Source: Bilabrum cf. latius (taxonomy: Eukaryota). Taken from it: a stretch of 64,000 nt of DNA. Below, piece after piece: positions 40,501 to 50,900 of the stretch. Each line of letters opens with the position of its first letter. Within the stretch, counting starts at the first letter, position 1. The notes under the pieces are model-generated. The model had not been told where the DNA came from, did not search any database, and saw only the letters and a program-made list of their open reading frames with translations. The stretch is from positions 310,001 to 374,000 of the forward strand of contig OZ237773.1 of the NCBI GenBank assembly GCA_965178125.1, given 5' to 3'. The translations under genes were made by a program, and so were the position numbers.

Positions 40501-43103
40501 AGAGGGACGGTCTCCGCGGGATGTCAGATGGCAGTAGGCGTGCTGGAGGCGAGCGGGCAGGTGTGGGCGGAGGGTTGGACGGTATTGAGGCCAGATCGAA
40601 GTCCGTGGCGGGGGCCCTGCGTGTGTGGCTGGACGGCGACGGTCGGGAGGTGGTTGAGCTCGCGTGGAGGATGCACGAGAGTGAAGGGGATGGACGGGAT
40701 TCTGACAGGCTGATTGGCCAGCAGCAGCAGCAGCAACTTGGCGAGGTGGGGCAGGATAGCGAGAATGAGGCTCTCGATGAGAGCGAACCAACAGGGCAGG
40801 GCAGGCTGGTTGAGTCCATCAAAGGGGGTTGGTCGATTGCGAGAGGGAGGCAGCTGTCGGACCCGGGGGGCGCAGGGGATCCCTCGAATAGCACCAATGC
40901 TACGAGCAACGCAACAGCAACTGCATCGTCCCCCAGCGTATTCGGCAGCCCAAGCAACACCTCGACTCCAAGTATCAGCAGCAGCCCAAGCAACACCTCG
41001 ACTCCGAGTATCAGCAGCAGCCCAAGCAACACCTCGACTCCGAGTATCAGCAGCAGCCCAAGCAACACCTCGACTCCGAGTATCAGCAGCAGCCCAAGCA
41101 ACACCTCGACTCCGAGTATCAGCAGCAGCCCAAGCAACACCTCGACTCCAAGTATCAGCAGCAGCCCAAGCAACACCTCGACTCCGAGTAGCAGCAGCAG
41201 CCCAAGCAACACCTCAGCTCCGAGTAGCAGCAGCAGCCCAAGCAACACCTCAGCTCCGAGTATCAGCAGCAGCCCCAGTACCAGCCCGACTCCGAGTAGC
41301 AGCAGCAGCCCAAGCACCAGCCCGACTCCTAGCGTATCGGCCAGCACATCCCCCAACCTAACCAGCGTAACGCGCTCCCCGGCCCCGGCCTCACCGCCCC
41401 CCAGCGCCTCCCGAACGCCCGTGCCCGCTGTGGAGGAAGAGCCGTGCGAGGCACTGCGATGGGCGGGCGAGTCCACCGGTGGATTGCCACGGGGCGGCGG
41501 AGCGAGCACGGCGATGGCCCCCCTGCAAGGCGGGCCGCTCGCATTCGTGGGTGCCCACGCATTCGCCGGCTCACTGCTGAACATGACCCAGTACCGCGCG
41601 TGCGGGGCCGCTGCCAAGCATGGCAGGGATGGCCTCGCTGCAGAGGGTCTGCGGCTGGTGGCGCGGTCCTGCGCGGCCGTGAACGTGAGCAAGGCGATCG
41701 CCGACGAGTAGGCACCCGCTGTGGAGGGCAAGCCGGCGGTTGCACGACTGGCCATCGCCGACCGGGACACGTGCGTGCTGTACGACATCAAGCCCAGTGG
41801 GAGGCTGGCGGGCCCAAGGCGTCTGCTTCCAGAGCACCCCGCCTGCGTGGAGGTGCTGGGACCTTCCCCAGAGGAGGGCGGGAGCACCGATCTGCCTTTC
41901 CCTGCTGGGTCTTCCGGGGAGGGGGCTGGCGATGGCGATGGCGATGACGATGGTGGTAGCAGTGGCATTGGCGAGTCACCCATCCCGTCTCCCAGCGTGG
42001 CCCCCGTGGATCCCAGCAGCAGCACCCCGGCCAAGGCATCTCACTTGCCCGCCCCTTCGTCGTCGCCTTCAAACGACCCAGCGGCAGCTGTTTCGCCCGT
42101 GGCCTCCAGCAGCCCGGAGCCTGACGATTACGCCGAGAAGGATGACGACGGCACAGCTGCGCCCAGTCCCACGGGGCACGCAAGCACGGGGACTGGCAAT
42201 GGGGACGAGCCGACCGGCATGTCGGCCTCGAGCTGGCTTCTTTTGGTAGGCGCGGTGACCGTCGTGGGAGCCATCGGGTATCTAGCAAAGACCAGCGGCA
42301 TGTTGGGAGGTGGTGGTGGGGAGTGGGAGAGAGTGGGGGAAGGCCAGGGGGCCAGAGGGGTGGGCAGCGGAAGCGGCAATGGCCGAGGAGGCGGCGGGAG
42401 CAGGGGTGGTCAAAGGGGCGGCGGGAGCAGGGCCAGGGCACAGCTGGACGGAGACGGCATCGTGGCGGGTGAGCTGAGCGAGGGAGAGGCTGGGGATGTC
42501 GAGATGACGAGTGCGGGCGCTGGGTCTCGGGGGGGCGGTGAGGTCATGGTGAGGACAGCGGCTGTGGGTGAGGCCGACAGCGACGGATTCGAGTTCGACG
42601 ACTGGGGCACAGAGGAGGACGAGGAGGGCGGCGGCGGTGGTGGTGGAGGGGGTCAGGGTGTGACGAGCGCGAATGGTGGTGCTAGCAACGGTGTGGCGAG
42701 TGCACTTGCGGCGCCTGCGACCGGCCGCGCAGACCAGGAGGACGGTTACGACGTGTGGGACATGGAGATCGCCATGGGGGACGAGGAACGTTCGTCCATG
42801 GTTCGCTCGTCGGAGGGTGGCCGGGGCAGCACCTCCGGGGGCAGCGGGGCGCCGCGTGGGTCGGACTTTGACTACGCTCGCACGGCCATGGAGGCGGGCG
42901 GCACGCGGGAGACACCGAGGAACGGGCGCGGGGCCGGACATGCTACTAGTGTGGGCGGCAGGGGCGGTGCGGGTGCGGGTGCAGGATCAGGTGGCGGTAG
43001 GAGCGGCGGTGGCGCGGGCCGTGGCATCGTGCTGCCCATGGTAAGCTTCAAGGAGTCTTTCCCCAGGGATGGCTCGGAGCCTAGGCGCGGCAATGAGCTC
43101 TGA
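37503..43103 (+). CDS. M14 zinc carboxypeptidase, predicted type I membrane protein (about 1866 aa)
   Basis: Signal peptide MFVLLVSILLVLLA; motifs HARE, RKNR, GVDINRNY, LHAYG and YSPEVG; Ser/Thr/Pro repeats; TM segment WLLLVGAVTVVGAIGYLA. One frame with TAGs at 39408, 39780, 40173, 40341 and 41709; ends TGA followed by TAA. Confidence 0.87.
40947..41342. repeat. 36-bp coding tandem repeat, about 11 copies (SPSNTSTPSISS)
   Basis: Head-to-tail agcccaagcaacacctcgactccgagtatcagcagc units with no spacers; nine copies carry an N-T-S sequon. Confidence 0.93.
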
Positions 43104-43344
43104 TAAGAGCAGCGGCAGCGGTGCTTGGTTGGCAGCAGCGAAGCAGTCATTGCGGAGTTATGTTGGATCGTTGTATCCACGCTTGTAAAATAGAGTTTGT
43201 TCAGCTACAATTCCGCCAGCCACCACTGGCAGGCCCCGCGGGCAACTAGTCTGTATTTTGGTTTGTAGCGTTGTATTTACTAGTTCGTTCGTTCCCGTAT
43301 CCTGGAGCATATGAGGCCAACCCACAAGGTACACATTAAATAAA

Positions 43345-43781
43345 ATGGGCGTTGAGAAGACAATTACCGTGGAAGGTTCTGGAGCGGAGGTAAAGGTGGG
43401 ATTTCTCACACCGCTGGATCCATGCATTCATCAAGTTGTGCAGTTATGCTTATCACAAGTCCCCCAAATGTAGACAGTGTTTCGCCGCAGACTGGTCACA
43501 ATGTTACAGTCCACTGCACTGGTCAGGTTGTTAACGAGGACGGCAGCCTGAAGAAGTTCTGGTCTACGAGGGATCCAGACCAGACCACCTTCAAGTTCCA
43601 GATCGGACAAGGCGCTGTGATCAAGGCTTGGGATGAAGGTTGCCTCGGCATGAAGGTGGGAGAATCTGCAACACTGGTATGCACGCCTGACTACGGCTAT
43701 GGCGCGGGCGGCTTCCCTGCATGGGGCATCCCGCCGTCGGCCACGCTGCAGTTCGACGTTGAAGTCGTGAAGGTTGAGTGA
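43345..43781 (+). CDS. FKBP12: FKBP12-type peptidyl-prolyl isomerase (about 113 aa)
   Basis: Exon 1 MGVEKTITVEGSGAEVK, intron about 43396-43490 (an alternative in-frame donor lies at 43390), exon 2 VTVHCTG..FWST..IGQGAVIKAWDEG..YGYGAGGFPAWGIPPSATLQFDVEV. Ends TGA; no TAG. Confidence 0.95.
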
Positions 43782-44234
43782 ATATGTGGTCATTTTCTTC
43801 TTTTCTTTCATTCACATCACGATCTAGCTGCGCTCACGTCTACTATGTGTCATGACCAGTGCCGTTACAGCACAGAATCCTTCGGTACCTTCCGGTGTGC
43901 CGTCGAACCAAGATGCATCAGCTCCACTGGCAATGGCAGTCATTTGCCGCGCATTTCGCGATGCCATTGCGGCATCTCTTCGGTATAAGGTACTCAACCG
44001 AGCATTTCCAAGCAACCATGGGCTCAGCGCGTGGGTTGCAATCAGCGTAGGTCGTTGGCCCGACACTACCGAGTGGTCGGCCCATTGGGCCACTGCATGT
44101 TCTGGCACCCTGTGGTACATTTTTTTATAGAGTTGTACAGTTCATTGATGAAGCGAAGCAGCATGTTTGGACCATAAGCAGTCGTCAAAGTGTCAACCTC
44201 CGACGTGAATCTGCCAGTAGTCCTTGGCAACGAC

Positions 44235-46234
44235 TCATTCCTCCTGGTCTCCTGATGCAATTGATCCAGAGCTCAGGTCGGCAGCCCCCGACGCAGTCGA
44301 TTCCCTCGACCGGGATCGGGACCCTGATTGGTTAGGCTCGGAATCGATGTCAGTGTCGGAGTGGACCACGGCATCTTGACGCTGCAGCGGAATCCTTGGA
44401 GGCTGTGATGGCTATGCCTGCTGCCGTTGACCAGCGCCAGCAGCCTCCCAGGGGTCTGCGCCATCGCTCATGTCTGACGAGTCGGAATGTCTCCTTGGCC
44501 CACCTTGAGGCGGGTGGTGACGAGGCGCTGGGCCAGGTGCGGTGTTTTTCTTGGCCTTTGGGGGTCCTGCTTTCCCTCGGTGCGTTGCGCGTTCAGGCAG
44601 AATCCCTGTATACGGATACGGTCTCCGTTGCGGTTGTGCGACATCACGGGCACGCTGACCACCACTGCCACTGCCTCCATGCCTCTGGCGGCGAACCTGT
44701 TGTGTTGGCGTGACTGAGCCGGTTTGGGCACTTCCGGCATATCCTTGGCTTGGTAAAAGTGGTTGAAGTTCTTGCTGCGCCTGATCGGCATGCGAGATGG
44801 GAATCGGTGCGAACATGCTTGCACCTCCAGCCATGGATGGATCAGGTTGCAGCGGCTGCTGCGCTGGGGCAGATCTACGAGCCCCTCGGACTTTAGGGAC
44901 TCGATGGGGTTGCTTGTCCTGCGCGGGACTCTGGGCTGAGCTGGATGTTAGAGCTCTGATTGGACTGTTACGTCCAAGCACCAGTTCTTCGCTCCCAGAA
45001 CTGGACACGCTCTGTTCGTCCTCACTCGCAGTTGGGTCGGTATCGACGAGATGCCCCTTCACTACCGCTGCTTGGTCTTTTTGGGCGGCATCGGCACCAC
45101 CATCGACGGGACGGCCCTAAACGACCGCTGCTTCGCCGCTCTGTGTCCCGCCTCCGACGGCCCGAAGGGTGTCTTGGTCAACATCGCTGCTGGCATCGAG
45201 GCCTAGAGCAAGGGCAGGATCCAGGTCGGGTGCGCCTTCATCGGCAGGAGGAGCATACAGGGCTCTCGGCAAGGGGTGATCAATCAGACGGGGTGGAAGC
45301 TTTGATGTCGCGATCCTCTCGAGAAGCCACTCAGCAAGCGCCTGGAACTGCACAAAAGCTGCGTGTGCGGCTGGTCCCGACTCGATGCTCTGGGGGCCCA
45401 TGGCACCTCCTGCCGCACCTCCTGTCGCTGCACCTCCTGCTGTTGTACTGCTTGAAGATGCTCCGCCTGGAGCTGTGGCGACCACCGATCCGGATCTATC
45501 CAGCTTGGCAAGCGAGCTGGCTAGGACAGAACGCACAGCCGCCAGGACGCGCGATTGGTCGTCTTCGTCGACAGGGGAATGCTTCAGCGCCAGCAGGGTT
45601 GCGTACGGATCAAGATCAGTAACACCCACGACTTTTGCCCAGTCGATTGGAGCAGCGCCTGGCTCCCTCGCTAGCTAGTGGGAAAGATCCGCCGCGGCAT
45701 CGAGCTCTTCTGCAACGCGGCATAGTTTTGCGTGATCCTTGGACGCGTGGTTGTCGTCTTCGTCCGGCTTTGTCTTGAGAATAGATGCTGTGATAAATTG
45801 CAGGAAGTCTGCAGCATCTGACCACTCGATCTGGCTATTTGTCTCTGCGGCTTCAAAGTACAGCTGGTTGATGCGGATTGCAGCCGCAGCCGGCAAATCC
45901 CCAGATTTGGCTGTGAACGTATGCACAGGTGTAAATGTATATCTAATATTAGATCAAATGAATGAGTCCATGCATCATACTTCAATTCTTGGGGTAAAAC
46001 AGGCTCACGTTTGACAGGCGGTCCCGTGGTTCTCAGGAAGTTGAGCGCCTCGTTCAGCGATCCATGTCGCAGAAATCCGAGCTCCTTCTACCCATCAGGC
46101 TTTGTTAGCATGAACTGTGTATCGTCAACCATCTCAAGGCGAGGCTCAGATGCGGTGTTGGGTACCATCTACCCAGTTGTTGCCACGGGCGGGTCCATTC
46201 TGGAGCCGCGAAGGCTGCTTTCCTGCGTGTTCAT
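44235..46234 (-). CDS. Unknown protein; start uncertain
   Basis: Phase-1 intron 46008-45911 (GTGAG..ACAG); TAGs at 46169, 46088, 45675, 45117 and 44412; ends TGA 44235. Confidence 0.62.
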
Positions 46235-46450
46235 CTTAACGATGGAAGCTTCTGATACAGCACTATACACTACCAGCATGGTAGCAACCCCTTGCATTGG
46301 CAAACACGGCACTGCTGAGTATGTAAGAGCTGGATTGGCCGTTTCCAGGAACTCGACACGAACCTTCGTTTTCAACCGGTGGGTTCGTTCGGCATAGATA
46401 CGTCTGGCAGCATGAATGAGGAAAATTGTGATGTATTCACGTTAGGTCCT

Positions 46451-47782
46451 ATGAAATTGTTTCAGTGGATTGTAGATGGTTGGGTAAGCCATGTGGATGC
46501 TTCCAGGTTGTTTCGGAGGCCGATGGGGCGGCTCGTGGCCACTGTGGCGGTCTAGAAACCCTACGTACTGCCTGGAATAGCGAGGTACCCTAGAGGTCGT
46601 CTCGTATGGCCGCGACACTTTAAGTGCCGCGCAGACCCGAGACCTTGGACTGATTTTTTGGGACAGTACAGGGCGTACATCCTTGCAGAGAGGTTGACGG
46701 ACTGGTCGAGCGGCATAATTCTCGACTTACTGAAATCGGGAAGCCCCGCAGAATCTACTGACAAGCTAACCAGGTCGATGTTCTAGGAAGCACTTGTGCC
46801 GTCCGTAAGAGAACTTGACATCGCTGCTTATCGAATTCATGTCTTTTCTCGGCAATGGTCTGGCGTTTCCAATGTATCGCAACTGTACCGCAGCATATAA
46901 ATGACAAGTACTTCAAGTGTACTGTGCATCGATGCATTAAAAATGACTTGCCAGACCACCTGGAGAGTATCGTTTTCTACGCCAAAGCCCGACCCCGGTG
47001 CCAATTCATGGAAGTAAGCTCGATTACTAGTTGAATCTGCAGAAGTCACGCGTTCAACGAGCTTGACCGCTCAAAAATTCAAACACACTTTTGCGCAGAC
47101 AGGATTATTGACTGATATTCTCAACGAAATTGGGTATCGCATCAGTGTGACTAAAAATCAACTTTTGTGGAGACAAAGTTTTGTTGCCCTTCTTCACGCC
47201 GGCCTCCCAATTAACCCAGACTATTTCAAAGATTGGGATTACCGGAAATATGACAAGTCGTCTGTATTCCATCGGACTGGACTGCGATAGGAAGACCGGC
47301 CTCTTGGATTGCACCTCAACGCGGAAACCTGGCTGCGGGCTATGTTCGAGCGGCTGCCCGCAAGAAGACTCAAGGGGATGCAATACTACAACCCATTTCG
47401 TAGAAGAATGCGGCACATGGTCCATTGGCGCAGGGCAGTAGATACCCGTCGGGACGCTGGCATGGTGTTTCGAGCAGCGAGTGAGGGCAGGCCACTGGAG
47501 CTGGCCAGGCGGCTCAGGTTGGGCAAGCTGGCAGGCGGGCACCACCGGCCGGGCAGCCTCAGGGCAGGTGCAGGCTTCAATGCGCTCACTGCGGCGTGTG
47601 TAGGGGGGCACGGGGACTGCGTGCGAGTGCTCGCAAGAGGTTTGATCGATGCCGATGAGTACCTCAAGGGCAGGGACGCCGCAGGCAGGGGGTGCTGGGA
47701 GGTGGCAAAAGGGGACGCAGTGTGTGCTCTGCAGGAGATCAGGGAGGATCCTTGGATGCTGTGCGAGGACTTACCTGGTTGA
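46451..47782 (+). CDS. Unknown protein with a C-terminal ankyrin-like repeat; start uncertain
   Basis: Phase-0 introns 46805-46893 and 47014-47098 (GTAAG..GCAG); TAGs at 46553, 46784 and 47288; ankyrin-like GFNALTAACVGGHGDCVRVL; ends TGA. Confidence 0.6.
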
Positions 47783-47911
47783 CACCAACTACTCTTAATG
47801 TATAGAATGCACGTATCTCTGAACCATTGCTTAGGAAAGTTACTTGGCGTGGCACATATGGCTGCATCACCCGCAATGCCACCATCTCGGTGAATGTTGG
47901 AGCCTGGCGAC

Positions 47912-50900
47912 TCATTTGGGTGGTGGCCCAGGCGGCGGGCCTCGTGGCGGAGGCCCCCTGCCCCCTGCCCGTGGGGGACCAGGCGGGGGCGGCCCACCAC
48001 CCCCTGTCGCCCCTGGTGCCCCGGGCGGGGGTCTTGCCGCCCTTGGGGGACCGGGACCCGGCCGGCCCCCTGGCGGAGCCCCCCTGCCCCCTGCCCGTGG
48101 CGGCGGGACGAGTCCTGGTCCTGAGCTTGGAGGGGGGGGTGGGTGCGCCTCTGGCACGGGCGGTCCGGGGGGCGGACCCCTTGGCGGGGGTGCGTTTCCC
48201 GGGGGTGGACCACGGGGCGGATCCCTTGGCGGGGGCGCGTTTCCGGGGGGTGGACCACGGGGCGGATCCCTTGGCGGGGGCGCGTTTCCGGGGGGTGGAC
48301 CACGGGGCGGACCCCCGGGTGGGGGCAGCCGACCCCCAGGGGAGGGCCCTGGCGGGGGCGGCCTCGCTCCAACCAGGGCCTTGGGAGGCCCATTCGGCTA
48401 CCCAGCCCCAGCCCCAGGCCCGGCACCAGGACCAGGTGGAGGCGGAGGCGGCGATATGCTGGATTTGGCAGGGTTGGAGGCAGGGGCTGGTGGTGCACCC
48501 GGGGCACTGGGGGGTGGCGGTCTCCCGCGCCCCAGTCTGGCCCTACCCCTGCCAGCGGGTCTATTCGCTTCTGACTGCCCCACAACCGCCTGCTCCTTCC
48601 GCTTCTCCTGCTCTGCCTGTTTCTTGGCTTCCTGCTGCTCCCTCCACGCCTTCATCGCACCGCTGCCAGTCCGGCTCCGGGTCCGTCCCCTAGACCGGAT
48701 CCCCTCCATGGCGGCCTCTTCGTCCTACTAGCCGCCCTGTGGCTGTGGCTGTGCCAGGGGCTGGGGCTGTGCCGGCGGAGGCGGGGGTGATTTCAGTGCC
48801 TGCGAGGGTGGCTTCGCTGGCTGGCCCTTGCTCGGCGGGGGGGGCGGCGAGGGCGAGGACTTGGGCGGCTTGGGACCCTTGGCATGGGGCTTGGATCGCG
48901 GTGGGCCCATCCCGGGCGGGGCCTGTGCCAGTGCCGGTTGCTGCTCCCTTGCAGGCGGCGCGGGGCCCATACCTCTGCCCATGCCTCTGCCAGCCACTAC
49001 ATCCCCATCCCCATCCCCATCCCCCTCTTGTCCTCCCACTGCCGCCTGCTCGTCCTCGACCTAGTCGCCCGCATCCCCGCTCTTGCTCTCAGAGGCCCCT
49101 GCGCCCCTCGGAGCAGATGGCGGCTCCCTCGGTCTGAGCCTGGAGGCAGTCGGAGTCGGGGGCGGCGGCGCACCCTATCCCTATCCCTCGCCGGCATGAT
49201 CATCATCGGGAGCACGTGGTACACGGGGCTTGGGTGTTGCCATCCCTGGTGGCGGGGTGGCGCCCCCTCCTACTGCCCCACCGTAGTCGTCATCGTCGTT
49301 CTCCATGGCACCGCCGGTGTCGAGGCTGCCTGCCGCGCCGGGCCCAAGCGCTGCTCTGGCCCTCTTCTCCTCTTCCTTCTTCTTCTTGGCTGCGAGCTTG
49401 GCCGCTTTCCTGGCCTTCTTGGCTGCCTTTTCGGCTTTCTTGGCTGCCTTCTTCTCGGCCTCTTTCCTCTTGGTCTCTGCCTTCTTGCGCTCCTTCTCTG
49501 CTTTCTCCAGGTCCGCGTTGTACTTGCCTACCGTAGATTTCATCGTCTCCACGAAGTTGCACCACTGAGGGAAGAACTTCTCCGGTTTCTGGTCGTCCTC
49601 CTCCACCTCGCCCATGTACTTGCACGTCTTCTGAAACGCCCCGACCATGTTGTCGAACCGCTGCTGCACTGCGTCTGCCCGTCTCCTTGCGTCTTCGCAA
49701 AAGGCCCCCAGCGCCCGGATGAACGTCTCGTCACCCTTCTCTCTCGCCTTTTCCAGGGTCTTGTTGAGCGTGTCGGCGCTCTTCGCGATGGCCTTGACGC
49801 CCATCTCGGGCTTGTCCATGGTGGCTCCTTTGCAGTCGAAGGTCCTGGGGAACTTCGAGGTGATGTCCAGCAGGTGGGGCCGCTTGCGAGCCAGCGCCTC
49901 CACGATGTACCGCAGGGCGGTTTTCTTGGTGTCCTTGGCCGTCTTGGTGTCTGCGATGGCCTGCAGCCCGGATAGCTTGATCCCTTTGGCTCCCGCTTTC
50001 TTGGTGCCCTTGTGCAAGATCTCGCTGAAGGGCAGGATCACGCCCAGGAGAAGCTCCTTGAGCTCGGGGTTCTCGAACTCTTCGCACGCATCCGCGATCT
50101 GCTTGATGGCCGCTATGGCCTCGTCTTCCTGCTCCTCGAAGTTCTCGCTGATGAGCATGCACTGCAGTCTGTCGGCGAGCAGTGGCACGTCCTTGATCGC
50201 GTACACGAACTGCTCGGGCATATCCATGCGGTCGAACTCCTCCGGCTTGTGCTCGTTGGCCTTGGCCAGGTGCGCCGCCTCTGGCACGTTGGCGGCCAGC
50301 ACGGCGATGCCCTCGCCGCCTCCCAGGCCCTCCAGGTCCATGTCCTGGATCATCTCGGCCGTCTGCTTGAACCCGATCTTCTTGAACCCGTTGGCTGCGA
50401 ATGAGAGGGCCTGCTTGTACTTGCCGTCGAAGTCCAGGAACTTGACTACGCTCGGCTTGGCCTTCTTCTTCTTCTTTTTGTCACCCTTGCCTCCCTTGCC
50501 CCCCTTCTTGCCCTTCTTTTTCTTCTTCTTCTGCGGTGGCATGAACATGTCCTTGATGTCCGGGAACAGCTCCTTCATCGCCTTCCGGTCGTTCCTGATC
50601 TTCTTGGTGTCGTGCCAGATGGTACCCTCGGGGGACTTGATGGCGGCGAAGTGGATCTGGCGCATCTTGGGGCCGGCCTTCTTCTTCTTGGGCTTCTCCG
50701 GCTTGTACCCCTTGGGCTTGCCCTTGGTGCGGTGCTCCGTCACGAACACGCCCAGTGCGAACGCCTTGGTGACATGCCTGTCCTGGGCCTGGATGCGGGC
50801 AGCGCGCATCAGCAGCCCAAGCGCGAAGGTCTTGCAGGCCCGGTTCCTCCGGATGCGGTGCCTCCAGCACATGAGCGGCAGGCCCAGGGCCATGAGCTTG

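Noticed and set aside
40947-41342. 36-bp repeats as a CRISPR array
   Set aside because: The units are head-to-tail with no unique spacers, lie in frame within a eukaryotic CDS, and no cas genes are present.
40133-42034. 633-aa Leu-rich minus-strand ORF resembling a membrane protein
   Set aside because: It is the antisense shadow of the carboxypeptidase Ser/Thr repeats.
47015-47017. Apparent in-frame TAA upstream of the 47063 ORF, which would suggest UAA is also sense
   Set aside because: It is part of the GTAAG donor of a phase-compatible intron (47014-47098).
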